Below are positions 29,531-40,303 of a DNA stretch of 64,000 nt, piece after piece. This DNA comes from an uncultured delta proteobacterium (GTDB lineage Bacteria > Desulfobacterota > Desulfomonilia > UBA1062). The stretch lies in NCBI GenBank assembly GCA_963785235.1, contig CAWAUM010000003.1, forward strand, positions 352,001 through 416,000. Reading direction: 5' to 3'. The notes under the pieces are model-generated. The model did not search any database. It was not told where the DNA came from and saw only the letters and a list, made by a program, of their open reading frames with translations. The position numbers and the translations under genes are program-made. Position 1 is the first letter of the stretch. Each line of letters starts with the position of its first letter.

Positions 29531-31186
29531 ATGAGCTCTTATCTAAGGTATATTGCATTGCTTTTGGTCTGTGTGATTATAGTAGCATGCCAGCAGGAGA
29601 ATCACAAGGCGGTTGTCCCACCGGCGTCGGGTGACGCCATACCGGCCGATATCACCCCTGCCTATGGCGACGTGCTCGTGCTTTCCTCCATCGGCGACGC
29701 CAGCAACCTCATCCCCATGCTCTCTTCCGACGCCTCCTCACACGAGGTGGCAGGCTTTCTCTTTAACGGGCTGGTCAAGTATGACAAGGACTACAACATC
29801 GTAGGCGATCTGGCCAGGAGCTGGGACATCGAGAACGACGGCAAACTCCTGCGCTTTCACCTGCGCAATGACGTACTCTGGCATGACGGGGCAAAATTCA
29901 CTGCCAGGGATGTCATGTTCACCTATACTCTCATTATCGACCCCAAAACCCCCACAGCCTATGCCGAGAAATACAAGCTCGTGAAAAGGGCGCGCATCCT
30001 CGATGAGTATACCTTCGAGGTGGAATACGACAAGCCGCTTGCACCTGCACTCATCAGCTGGGGATCGCTCCAGGTCCTGCCCGAACATCTCCTCAAGGGC
30101 GTGGACATCACCAAGACACCCTTTGCCCGCTCGCCCGTAGGCACTGGCCCCTTCTCCTTCGTGAGCTGGCAGACCGGCCAGAAGATTACGGTAAAGGCCA
30201 ATGAGAAGTACTTTGACGGGGTGCCCTATTTCACTGGCATCAACTACCGCATCATCCCGGACCAGAACACCGAGTTTCTGGAACTCAAGGCAGGCAGCAT
30301 CGACATGATGGGGCTGACCCCTCTGCAGTATCTCCGCCAGACCGAAACGCCGGATTTCAAGAAGCTGTATGCCAAATACAAGTTCCTCTCCGACGGCTAC
30401 ACCTACCTGGGCTTCAACCTGAAGAAAAAGCCCTTTGACGACAAGCTGGTCCGCCAGGCAATTTCATACGCCATTGACAGGGACGAGATCATCAAGGGCG
30501 TGCTCAACGGCCTGGGCGAACCGACCACCGGCCCATACAAACCGGGCACCAAGTGGTACAACACCAAGGTCACGAGATATCAGTACAACCCTGACAAGGC
30601 CCGGGAGCTGCTGATGCAGGCCGGCTACCTCGACAGGAACGGGGACGGCATCGTTGAGTTGGACGGCAAAGACCTCACCATCACCATCCTCACCAACCAG
30701 GGCAATCCGCTCCGCGAGAAGACGGCCCAAATAGTCCAGCAGCGGCTCAAGCAGGTGGGCATTGCCGTCAAGATCCGTATCATCGAGTGGACCGTGTTTC
30801 TGAAGGAATATGTGGACAAGGGCAACTTCGATGCCGTGATCCTCGGCTGGAACATCCTGCAGGACCCTGACCTGTATAATGTCTGGCATTCCAGCCAGGC
30901 CGTCAAGGGCGGGCTCAACTTCGTAAAATATAAGGACCCCGAGGTGGACACGCTGCTCACGGACGGCAGGCAGACCTTTGACGAGACAAAGCGCAAGCAA
31001 TGCTATGACCGCTTCCAGGAGATCCTGGCCGACCAGCAGCCCTATATCTTCCTCTATGTACCTTACAGCCTGCCGGCAGTAAGTTCCCGCATAAAGGGGA
31101 TCGTGCCTGCCCCTGCCGGAATCACCTACAACCTTGAAAAATGGTACGTGCCCAAGGCTTATCAGAAATACACCACCTTACAGTGA
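29531..31186 (+). CDS. Peptide ABC transporter substrate-binding lipoprotein
   Basis: Lipobox IVAC, family 5 SBP motifs WHDG..FTARDV, PVGTGPF. Confidence 0.93.
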   Translation: MSSYLRYIALLLVCVIIVACQQENHKAVVPPASGDAIPADITPAYGDVLVLSSIGDASNLIPMLSSDASSHEVAGFLFNGLVKYDKDYNIVGDLARSWDIENDGKLLRFHLRNDVLWHDGAKFTARDVMFTYTLIIDPKTPTAYAEKYKLVKRARILDEYTFEVEYDKPLAPALISWGSLQVLPEHLLKGVDITKTPFARSPVGTGPFSFVSWQTGQKITVKANEKYFDGVPYFTGINYRIIPDQNTEFLELKAGSIDMMGLTPLQYLRQTETPDFKKLYAKYKFLSDGYTYLGFNLKKKPFDDKLVRQAISYAIDRDEIIKGVLNGLGEPTTGPYKPGTKWYNTKVTRYQYNPDKARELLMQAGYLDRNGDGIVELDGKDLTITILTNQGNPLREKTAQIVQQRLKQVGIAVKIRIIEWTVFLKEYVDKGNFDAVILGWNILQDPDLYNVWHSSQAVKGGLNFVKYKDPEVDTLLTDGRQTFDETKRKQCYDRFQEILADQQPYIFLYVPYSLPAVSSRIKGIVPAPAGITYNLEKWYVPKAYQKYTTLQ

Positions 31187-31199
31187 CGGGGGTCTGGGT

Positions 31200-32174
31200 A
31201 TGCTCCGCTACCTGATGAGGCGCCTTGCCATTCTTATCCCCACCTTCATCGGCATAACCATCGTTTGCTTTGCCGTGATCCATCTGGCACCCGGGTCGCC
31301 CACAGATATGCAGACCCAGATGAACCCCGACATAACACCCCAGGCCATTGAACAGCTCAACAAACACTACGGCCTCGACAAGCCGCTTATGACCCAGTAC
31401 TTCGGGTGGATGAAGAGCCTGGCACTTCTCGATTTCGGAAATTCCATTTCATCGGATGCCAGGCCTGTGTGGGACAAGATCAAGGAACGGCTGCCCATAA
31501 CCATTTACATCAACATCTCATCCATGATCATCATCTTCCTGGCCGCCATACCTCTGGGCGTAATCTCGGCGCTCAAGAGGGGCAGCGCCCTGGACCGGTC
31601 CATTACCGTCTTCGTGTTCATCGGCTTTTCCATCCCGGGCTTCTGGCTGGCGCTCATCTGCATGGACCTCTTCGGGGTGAGGCTGGGCTGGTTGCCCATA
31701 TCCGGCATCCACTCGCCCGAGTACATAAACCTTCCGCTGTGGGGCAAGGTAGCGGACACGACCAGGCACCTCTTTCTGCCGGTATTCATCTCCGCCTTCG
31801 GTTCGCTGGCTGGCATGAGCAGGTATATGCGCTCCAGCATGCTGGAGATCATCAAGCAGGACTATATCCTCACGGCCCGGGCCAAGGGCTTGAGCGAGCG
31901 CACCGTGATCTACAAGCACGCCATGCGCAACGCCCTGCTGCCCGTCATCACCATCTTAGGCCTGTCCATCCCGGGGCTCATCGGTGGCAGCGTTATCTTT
32001 GAGAGCATCTTTGCAATCCCCGGTCTCGGCAAACTCTTTTATGAGGCCATCATGATGCGCGATTACAACATGATCATGGGCAGCCTTACCATCGGCGCAG
32101 TGCTTACGCTGCTGGGCAATTTGATTGCAGACATTGCCTACAGCATTGCGGACCCACGCATACGGGTGACATAA
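31200..32174 (+). CDS. Peptide ABC transporter permease (DppB-like)
   Basis: [33 protein letters not shown]. Confidence 0.93.
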   Translation: MLRYLMRRLAILIPTFIGITIVCFAVIHLAPGSPTDMQTQMNPDITPQAIEQLNKHYGLDKPLMTQYFGWMKSLALLDFGNSISSDARPVWDKIKERLPITIYINISSMIIIFLAAIPLGVISALKRGSALDRSITVFVFIGFSIPGFWLALICMDLFGVRLGWLPISGIHSPEYINLPLWGKVADTTRHLFLPVFISAFGSLAGMSRYMRSSMLEIIKQDYILTARAKGLSERTVIYKHAMRNALLPVITILGLSIPGLIGGSVIFESIFAIPGLGKLFYEAIMMRDYNMIMGSLTIGAVLTLLGNLIADIAYSIADPRIRVT

Positions 32175-32175
32175 T

Positions 32176-33003
32176 ATGGGTTTCTGGCCACGGCTCTTGA
32201 AGGATAAGCTGGCAGTGATCGGGCTGTTGATCGTGCTCGGTTTTGTCGTACTGTCCGCGCTTACGCCAGCCATCGCGCCATACAACCCCAGCACCATCGA
32301 TGTGAACAACATCCTGGCGCCCCCTTCGGCGGCACACTTTTTCGGCACCGACGACCTGGGCCGCGACGTGTTCACCCGCATGCTCTACGGAACAGGCATC
32401 TCGCTTAAGGTGGGGTTCGTCGCAGTGGGCATTGCCGTGCTCATCGGGACCGTGCTCGGGGCCATATCGGGCTATTATGGCGGGATCCTGGATATGATCA
32501 TCATGCGCTTCGTGGACATCATGCTCTGCTTCCCGTCCTTCTTCCTGATCCTGGCCGTGATCGCCTTCATGGAGCCTTCCATCTACAACATCATGGCAGT
32601 CATCGGGTTCACCTCGTGGATGGGCATCACGCGCCTGGTGCGTGCCGAGTTCCTGAGCCTGAAGGAGCGTGACTTCGTGCTGGCTGTCAGGGCCATGGGC
32701 GCGAGCAACATGCGCATCATCTTCGGCCACATCCTGCCCAATGCCATGGCCCCTGTGCTCGTGTCCGCCACTCTCGGCGTCGCTGCAGCAGTGCTCACCG
32801 AATCCGCGCTGTCCTTTTTGGGCATCGGCGTGCAGCCGCCCACACCAAGCTGGGGAAACATGCTGACCCAGGGTCAGAACGTCCTGGGCATCGCGTGGTG
32901 GCTCTCCTTTTACCCGGGTATGGCCATTTTAATCACCGTACTAGGATACAACCTGTTGGGTGAAGGCATCAGAGATGCTATAGATCCGAGGTTGAGGCAG
33001 TAG
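32176..33003 (+). CDS. Peptide ABC transporter permease (DppC-like)
   Basis: FGTDDLGRDV, SFLGIGVQPPTPSWG, GEGIRDAIDPR. Confidence 0.93.
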   Translation: MGFWPRLLKDKLAVIGLLIVLGFVVLSALTPAIAPYNPSTIDVNNILAPPSAAHFFGTDDLGRDVFTRMLYGTGISLKVGFVAVGIAVLIGTVLGAISGYYGGILDMIIMRFVDIMLCFPSFFLILAVIAFMEPSIYNIMAVIGFTSWMGITRLVRAEFLSLKERDFVLAVRAMGASNMRIIFGHILPNAMAPVLVSATLGVAAAVLTESALSFLGIGVQPPTPSWGNMLTQGQNVLGIAWWLSFYPGMAILITVLGYNLLGEGIRDAIDPRLRQ

Positions 33004-33352
33004 GGCATGACGACATTATTCATGAATATATACATTGACAAGAACACCCCCCCTCTCCCACCAGGGGAGAGGAAACCGGGCTTACCTCGAGCTCAGTTTA
33101 CGTAACCATATATCCATAACCCTTCTGCTCATCATGGTGGCCTTGAGCGCAGGCTGCGCCCACAGACCGGATGTGCCGCCGAGCCGTCAGATGGGGAAGC
33201 CGTGAGATACGTGCATACAATTTGGTCACATCTATCTGCAGCTTGTCCGAGCATACTTGCTTGCTGCCCACCATTGCTTTCCTATTCTCTGAGGATTATT
33301 ACTTCTTTATAAGCCAGTGCAATAAATACCATACCAATGGAGCATATAGTTA

Positions 33353-35209
33353 ATGTCTCAACCGCAAGATTATGAAAAAACCATAAAAGAAATAGAGATC
33401 CTGAGACAGCGGGTTTATGAACTCGAGGCCTCGGAAACTCGTCTGAAACAGGCCGAGGAAGAGCTACAGGCCTCGGAGAAGAAATACCGTACCATCTTTG
33501 AAAACACAGGCGCGGCCACCATCCTCATCGAGGCGGATACGGTTATCACCATGGCAAATACGGAGTTCGAAAAGCTCACTGGCTTTTCCCGTAAGGAAAT
33601 CGAAGGCGCCATGTCCTGGGTCAACTTCATCCACTATGAGGATCGTCCCAGGATGGTCGACTACCACAACCTCCGCCGCGTCAATCCCGCATTGGCACCG
33701 AGAAACTACGAATGCCGGTTCATCAACAGATCCGGCAGGACACTCACCTGCTACCTTACGGTAGCGGTACTACCCGGAACAACCCGGAGCATCGCATCGT
33801 TCCTGGACATCACCGATATGCGTGAGGCGGAAAAGGCACTGAAGGCCCAGGAAGAACAGTACCGCCTGCTCGTGGAAACCATGAACGACGGCATCGGTGT
33901 GCAGGACGCGCATGGGGTCGTCACCTATGTGAACGACCGGGTCTGCGAGATGCTCGGCTACACCCGTGGCGAGATCATGGGCAGGCAAGCATCCGAACTT
34001 CTCAACGAGGCATCAAAGGGCATCTGGCTCGGTGAGATGGCCAAGCGCAAGGTCAACGAGTATGAACCGTACGAGGTGGCCTGGCAAAACCGCGATGGTG
34101 AGTTCATCCACACCATCGTGTCCCCCATGCCGCTCCACGATGCCGACGGGAACTTCACCGGCAGCTTCGCAGTGTTCACCGATATCACCAGCAGGAAAAA
34201 GGCGGAAGAGGACCTGAGGCTCTCGGAAGAAAAGTTTGCCAAGGCCTTCAGGTCGAGCCCGGATGCAGTCACCATAAGCACCCTCAAGGAAGGGCGCTTC
34301 TTGGACGTCAACGAAGGATTCCTCAAGATCACGGGTTACGACCGCAGCGAGGTGATCGACCACACGTCCATAGAGCTGGGCATCTGGCCGTCGCCTGAAT
34401 TCCGCCAGGACATCATGGGCCAGGTGACGGCCAAAGGCGGCATCAGCAATCTCGAGGTGGAATTCCGCATCAAGTCAGGCGAGCTCCGCAAGATCGTCTA
34501 TGCAGCCGAGTCCATCGACCTCCAGGGCGATCCGTGCCTCATATCCATCTTCACCGATGTCACGGAGCAGCGCCGGCTTGAGCGCGAGATCCTGGATGTG
34601 GGCGAGCGCGAGCGGCAGAAGATCGGCCAGGACCTGCACGACGACCTCCAGCAGCACCTCATCGGCATCGAAGCCCTTGCCCTGCTGCTGGAGAACCGCC
34701 TGGACCAGTCCTCAAAGCCCAATGCCTCTCTGGCACATGACATGGTCGCGCTGATCCGTGAGGCCATTGCCAAGACCCGGACCATTGCGCGAGGCCTGAG
34801 CCCGGTATACATAGACGAGGCCGCACTGTTCTCCGCCATACGGGACCTCGCCAAGCAGCTTGAATCCATCTTCGGCGTTTCCTTCCAGCTGGATGTGAGC
34901 AAAGCAGTTCATGTGAAAGACAACGCAACCGCGGTGCACCTCTTCCGCATCATCCAGGAGGCGCTCAACAATGCAGTGCGCCATGGCAAGGCCAGGCACA
35001 TCGCCATCACCCTCAAGCCAAAAAAGGGCTCCATCATGCTCTCCGTTATCGATGACGGCATCGGCCTGCCTGATGAGATCGACCCGAAAAAGGGCCTGGG
35101 CTTGAGCATCATGCGCCACCGCGCACGCATGATCGGCGCCGAGCTGGCAATCAAGAAAAACCCCAAGGGAGGGACCTCTGTCATATGTCAGCTCATTCAC
35201 GCATCATGA
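33353..35209 (+). CDS. Cytoplasmic multi-PAS sensor histidine kinase (HisKA_3)
   Basis: Three PAS domains, ERQKIGQDLHD, QEALNNAVRH, DDGIG..GLGL. Confidence 0.92.
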   Translation: MSQPQDYEKTIKEIEILRQRVYELEASETRLKQAEEELQASEKKYRTIFENTGAATILIEADTVITMANTEFEKLTGFSRKEIEGAMSWVNFIHYEDRPRMVDYHNLRRVNPALAPRNYECRFINRSGRTLTCYLTVAVLPGTTRSIASFLDITDMREAEKALKAQEEQYRLLVETMNDGIGVQDAHGVVTYVNDRVCEMLGYTRGEIMGRQASELLNEASKGIWLGEMAKRKVNEYEPYEVAWQNRDGEFIHTIVSPMPLHDADGNFTGSFAVFTDITSRKKAEEDLRLSEEKFAKAFRSSPDAVTISTLKEGRFLDVNEGFLKITGYDRSEVIDHTSIELGIWPSPEFRQDIMGQVTAKGGISNLEVEFRIKSGELRKIVYAAESIDLQGDPCLISIFTDVTEQRRLEREILDVGERERQKIGQDLHDDLQQHLIGIEALALLLENRLDQSSKPNASLAHDMVALIREAIAKTRTIARGLSPVYIDEAALFSAIRDLAKQLESIFGVSFQLDVSKAVHVKDNATAVHLFRIIQEALNNAVRHGKARHIAITLKPKKGSIMLSVIDDGIGLPDEIDPKKGLGLSIMRHRARMIGAELAIKKNPKGGTSVICQLIHAS

Positions 35210-35841
35210 TCGTTGACGATCACCCCATCTTCCGCAAAGGTCTTGCACAGCTCATTGGTGAGGAGTCGGACATGGAGGTGTGCGGCGAGGCCGAGGATGT
35301 CCCTGAGGCCAAGAAACTCCTGGAACGGCTCAAGCCGGATATGGTGATTGTGGACCTCTCCCTGAAAGGGGCGAGTGGCCTTGAGCTGATAAAATATACC
35401 CATGATCTCAACCCCGGCCTGCCCGTGCTAGTCATCTCCATGCACGACGAGCAGGTGTATGCCGAGCGGGCACTGAAGGCCGGCGCCAGGGGCTATATCA
35501 TGAAGCAGGAGATGACGGGCAAGGTAGTGACAGCCATCCGCCAGGTGCTTAATGGCAAGATGTTCTTCAGCGAAGACATCGTCGACACCATCCTCGGCCG
35601 CGTCGCGGTCGCATCCTCGGCTGTCCATAAAGACCCTGTGTCCACCCTGTCGGACCGGGAGCTGGAAGTCTTCACCTTCATCGGGAGGGGTCTGGGCAGA
35701 AAGGAGATGGCTTCTGCCCTGAACGTAAGCATCAAGACCATCGGAACCTACCGGGAGAAGATCAAGGAGAAGCTCAGCATCAGAAGCTCGCCGGAGCTGG
35801 CCAAACGCGCCGTGGAATGGGTGCAGTCGCAGGGGGGATGA
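35185..35841 (+). CDS. NarL/LuxR family response regulator
   Basis: IVDDHPIFRKG receiver; LSDRELEV LuxR HTH; overlaps kinase. Confidence 0.93.
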   Translation: MSAHSRIMIVDDHPIFRKGLAQLIGEESDMEVCGEAEDVPEAKKLLERLKPDMVIVDLSLKGASGLELIKYTHDLNPGLPVLVISMHDEQVYAERALKAGARGYIMKQEMTGKVVTAIRQVLNGKMFFSEDIVDTILGRVAVASSAVHKDPVSTLSDRELEVFTFIGRGLGRKEMASALNVSIKTIGTYREKIKEKLSIRSSPELAKRAVEWVQSQGG

Positions 35842-35875
35842 AATCCGGGATGGAAAGATTTATATGGTGAAATAA

Positions 35876-35975
35876 CTGGATTCCCGCCTTCGCGGGAATG
35901 ACGCATGCAAAATCTTTCGCCCCGGAATATGATACAATCAGTTTCGCGGGAATATTTGTGTTTCGCAGGAATGAC
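35876..35975. repeat. REP-like palindrome (GTCATTCCCGCGAAGGCGGGAATCCAG family) plus two degenerate half copies
   Basis: CTGGATTCCCGCCTTCGCGGGAATGAC at 35876-35902; TTTCGCGGGAAT and TTTCGCAGGAATGAC downstream. Confidence 0.8.
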
Positions 35976-36121
35976 GTTTTAAAGATATCGATGTACCTAG
36001 GCATTTTACCTACCCCACCCGCCTCGTTAAACACACCCCACATTCAGCCCTGTGCCGATTTTATATGAAAGCCGCCTGCCGTATAGACATACATGAGAGA
36101 AAAATATTAAGGAGGTGGCCC

Positions 36122-37462
36122 ATGAACCACAAGGAAGAATATGAAAGGAAGCTTGTAAACGCCGAGGATGCCGTACACGTGGTGAAGTCCGGTGACTGGG
36201 TCGACTACGGCCATTTCACCTGCGCGCCCACGTATCTAGATGCGGCGCTTGCCAGGAGGGCCACAGAGCTCCGCGATGTCAAAGTCCGTGCGCTAACCTT
36301 CCCGGGCACCGTGGCCATCGCCGCTGTTGACCCAGGGCAGGACCACTTCACGTACAATAACTGGCACTTCAGCGGAGGCGACCGCTCGCTGCACGACAAG
36401 GGCCTGTGCAACTATATCCCCCTGCTCTACCACGAGGGCCCTTCCCTTTACAGCATCATCGATACGGACGTCTTCATGGTGAAAGTGGCACCCATGGACA
36501 AGGACGGCAATTTCAACTTCGGCCCTTCCAACTCCATCTCGAAACATATCGCAGACCGTGCAAAGACAGTCATCGTGGAGGTGAACACGAACGTGCCCTA
36601 CTGCCACGGCGGCAGGAACGAGTCCATACACATCTCAAAGGTGGACTTTATCGTGGAGTCCGACAACAGGCCCCTGTTCTGCGTGCCCGAGCCAAAAATC
36701 AGTGAGGTGGACAGGAAGATCGCATCGCTCATCGTGGAAGAAATCCCTGACGGCGGCTGCCTGCAGCTGGGCATAGGGGCCATGCCCAACGCTGTGGGCA
36801 AGCTCATCGCCGAAAGCGACCTCAAGGACCTGGGCGTGCATACCGAGATGCTCGTGGATTCCTACGTAGACATGTACATGGCAGGCCGTGTCACCAACAT
36901 GAAAAAACATGCAGACAAGGGCAAGATGGTCTACACCTTTGCGCTGGGCAGCCAGAAGCTCTATGACTTCATCGACCAGAACCGCTGCTGCGCATCCTAC
37001 TCGGTGGACTACACGAACAACCCTGAAAACATCCGCGCCAACGACAACACCATCGCCATCAACAATGCCGTGGAGGTGGACCTCTTCTGTCAGGTGTCTT
37101 CCGAATCTTCAGGCACGCGCCAGATCTCGGGCACGGGCGGCCAGTTCGATTTCGTGTTCGGTGCCTTCCATTCAAAGGGCGGCAAGTCCATCATCTGCCT
37201 GACCTCAACCACCAAGGACAAGAACGGCACGGTGAAATCACGCATCCGCCCCATGCTCGAGCCCGGCTCCATCGTCACCGTGCCGCGGACCATCGTGCAT
37301 TACGTGGTAACCGAATACGGCAAGGCCATGCTCAAGGGCAAGAGCACCTGGGAACGGGCCGAGGCGCTCATCAACATCGCCCACCCCGACTTCCATGACG
37401 AACTCATCTGCGAGGCAGAGAGGATGGGCATATGGAGAAGGTCCAATAGGCTGGCAGCGTAG
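36122..37462 (+). CDS. Acetyl-CoA hydrolase/transferase family (butyrate/4-hydroxybutyrate CoA-transferase-like)
   Basis: [35 protein letters not shown]; SD AAGGAGG. Confidence 0.9.
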   Translation: MNHKEEYERKLVNAEDAVHVVKSGDWVDYGHFTCAPTYLDAALARRATELRDVKVRALTFPGTVAIAAVDPGQDHFTYNNWHFSGGDRSLHDKGLCNYIPLLYHEGPSLYSIIDTDVFMVKVAPMDKDGNFNFGPSNSISKHIADRAKTVIVEVNTNVPYCHGGRNESIHISKVDFIVESDNRPLFCVPEPKISEVDRKIASLIVEEIPDGGCLQLGIGAMPNAVGKLIAESDLKDLGVHTEMLVDSYVDMYMAGRVTNMKKHADKGKMVYTFALGSQKLYDFIDQNRCCASYSVDYTNNPENIRANDNTIAINNAVEVDLFCQVSSESSGTRQISGTGGQFDFVFGAFHSKGGKSIICLTSTTKDKNGTVKSRIRPMLEPGSIVTVPRTIVHYVVTEYGKAMLKGKSTWERAEALINIAHPDFHDELICEAERMGIWRRSNRLAA

Positions 37463-37509
37463 GTTATCCGGCCGTATACAAACCTCGAAGTGAGATAGCC
37501 ACCTCCTGC

Positions 37510-37579
37510 GTCATTCCCGCGAAGGCTTCGAATCCAGTCTCTTCAAGAACTTCTGGACCCCCGCCTTCGCGGGGGTGAC
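37510..37579. repeat. Inverted pair of REP-like palindromes (BIME-like)
   Basis: GTCATTCCCGCGAAGGC..AATCCAG ... CTGGACCCCCGCCTTCGCGGGGGTGAC. Confidence 0.8.
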
Positions 37580-37756
37580 ACTTTTTGAGTTTTGTATTTG
37601 CATCAAACGCTATAAATCCCTCATGTCCTCCCTTTTCAAAAAAGCAGCAATCTGCATGCATGGATCAATCACAGGATATCAACTGCCTTATGATTCAGTT
37701 TCCAGAAGACACCGGGACATAATTGCAATATACCTTTGTGATTACGGAGGAAGACC

Positions 37757-38764
37757 ATGACCAGAAGCGCCGACTTCGCGCACCTCACACCCGAGGTGCT
37801 GCTCGATGTAATAGAGGATGCCACGGGCATACCCATGACCGGGCTTACCATGCCGCTGCCCAGCTATATCAACCGGGTCTACGAGCTTCAGAGCAAGGCG
37901 GGCGAGCGCCTCATCGCCAAGTTCTACCGGCCCGGGCGCTGGAGCAAGGAGGCCCTCGAGGACGAGCACCAATTCCTGGCCGACTGCGCGGAAGACGAGA
38001 TACCCGTGGTATGCCCCCTGAAGCTCTCCGACGGCAGCACCCTGGGAAAGACCGACAGCACGTATTTCGCTCTGTTTCCCAAAAAGGCCGGACGCGCCTT
38101 TGAGCTGAACAACGATGAAGACTGGACACGGGTGGGCACGCTCATCGGGCGCATCCACCTGGCAGGCGAGCGGCGCAACACCCCAGGACAGGATCACCCT
38201 GCTCCCCCTGAAATCCACCCGGGACGACCTGGATTACCTCATCAGAGGGCGGGTTCGTCACCCCCGAGCACAAGAGCGCCTTTACGGACCTGACATCGAG
38301 CATCGTCGAAGGCTATCTCCGGCCTCTTTGACGGCGCCGAACTGATCCGCATCCATGGGGACTGCCACAGGGGCAACCTCCTTGAACGTCCGGGCGAGGG
38401 GCTCATGGTGATCGATTTCGACGACATGATGGTGGGCCCCCCTGTCCACGACCTCTGGCTGCTCCTGCCCGACCATGCGGGCCATTCGCGCCGCGAGATC
38501 GACCTTCTGCTCACGGGCTATGAGCAGTTCCGCGAGTTCGACCACTCATCCGTCCTCCTCATAGAGCCCTTGCGGTTCATGCGCATCGTCTATTTCCTGG
38601 CCTGGTGGGCAAGGCAGGCAGACGATTTCGACTTCAGGAACAACCACCCCGACTGGGGCACCGACGCCTTCTGGAACAAGGAGATCCTTGACCTTAACCA
38701 CCAGTTCCAGGTCATCATGGAGCACAAGGTGGCATGGGAGGAAGGCAGGTTCTTCGGGGAGTGA
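37757..38764 (+). CDS. srkA: SrkA/RdoA (YihE) Ser/Thr kinase, interrupted by frameshifts at about 38175-38320
   Basis: SYINRVY, AKFYRPGRWS..EH, IHGDCHRGN, IDFDD..GPPVHDLW, LIEPLR across shifted frames. Confidence 0.8.
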
Positions 38765-38798
38765 AACCTTATTGGGCTAACTGCAAGTCTCTCCATCC

Positions 38799-38909
38799 GT
38801 CATTCCCGCGGAAGCGGGAATCCAGTATTTATCAGGATCCCTGGGTCCCCGCTTTCGCGGGGACGACAAAAAACACCCTTTAGCGACCGCCTCCTTCGCG
38901 GGGGGTGAC
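38799..38909. repeat. Cluster of REP-like palindromes (BIME-like)
   Basis: GTCATTCCCGCGGAAGCGGGAATCCAG, CTGGGTCCCCGCTTTCGCGGGGACGAC, CCTTCGCGGGGGGTGAC. Confidence 0.8.
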
Positions 38910-39003
38910 GCCTATAATGAGTATGCAATTATCTTTTCAGATCTGAAGGGTTTTTTAGATGAATCTCAGGTTGGGTTCGTTTTTCGCTCACCCCTTTGAA
39001 CCA

Positions 39004-40303
39004 TCACCGCAAGGCTATTTTATGAAGGAGCCGCTTCATGCGGTGTTCCAGGGATTGACGTTCCGTCTCGGCCAGATGCCTGGCTTCATCGAGGATCCTT
39101 TGCATGAGCTCCATAGCCAAACCCAGTTCCCGGGCGTGGTGCTCATACCATTTGGCAAGCTCTTCTGCGGCAAACACGTCATGCGGGTGCATGGCGATGA
39201 TGTCTTTCCACAAGCTGACAGCCTCCTCCCACTGAAGTGCCCTTTTGTGGATGAGCGAGAGCGATTTCCGTGCGTTCAGCGCTACCTCCGGCTGTGTACA
39301 TCCCTTCAGCGGCTCGAGCATCCGCCTGGCCGATTCAAGGTCGCCCCGGTCGTGATGCAGCCGCGCCGCGCACAGGAGGTCGCCGGGATGGGCCTCAGGC
39401 ATTTCATGGCCGCCTTCCACAAGGCCGGCCAGGTGCTTCAAAAGCGATGCCATGGACACGATGTCCAGCCGGTTGTGGCGGAACACTGCATCCATGAGCC
39501 TGCCGTCGCGCCTCTTGAGCCAGTCGAAATAGCGCTGGGGTATCTCGTAGCCCGGCACGTCGTCTTCACGCCTGACGCCCAGCACATGGGCCTCGATGGT
39601 CACGAGCCTGGCATTCTCCAGGCGGTGCGCAAGCATCCTCCTGCTCGGGTGCAGCAGGTCGATGTGCGGCATGCCCGACGAGCACGTCTTGTGCGCGGTT
39701 GAGGATGTACCGGCTGGAAAGCAGGTTCAGGTCATAGGCGCGTCCGTTGAAGGTCACCAGGAACCTCTTTGAGGATGCCAGCTCGCTCAGGAATGCAAGC
39801 ATGGACCTCTCTTCGGAGAAGTCGCGGGCAAAGAGCTGGCTGGTAATGAACGTGCCCTTTTCAAACCACCCGAGCCCGATGAGGAAAGGGAACGTCCCGG
39901 TGCCTCCTGCCAGGCCGGTGGTCTCGGTGTCGAGGAACAGGCCGTCCTCAAGCGAGAAACCCCTGAGCGCCTGGGTGCCTGCAAGGAAGGCTGCCGTGTC
40001 CATGCTCAAGCAGGCAAGATCGCCCACCCGTGAATGCCCGTGGAAATCCTTTTCCGTAAGGGTGCTGCGCGAGCAGAAGAACCTGCCGTGCTCCGTTTCC
40101 AACTCTTCGCCCTCAACCACCCGCTCCAGCGCGACCGCTGCGCTTCTCGGCTGAGGTGCAATTGCCGGGGTAATATGCTCCCTGCGGTTCATGACCTCTT
40201 CGATCCGTCTGCGCAGCTCGCTTATGCGTTCCTGCTTGGGATCTGCCTGGACGGACTTGACACCATCTCCGGTGAGGCGGTTTATCCGGTCCTTGAGGCT
40301 CAT
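39004..40303 (-). CDS. YprB/MrfB-like RNase H-fold exonuclease with TPR-like C-terminus; frameshift near 39675
   Basis: FLDTETTGLAGGTG, TFNGRAYD, HIDLLH, HNRLDI; start overlaps helicase stop (ATGA). Confidence 0.85.

Noticed and set aside
35876-38909. Repeats as a CRISPR array
   Set aside because: Copies are inverted, degenerate and irregularly spaced across different intergenic regions; no cas genes.
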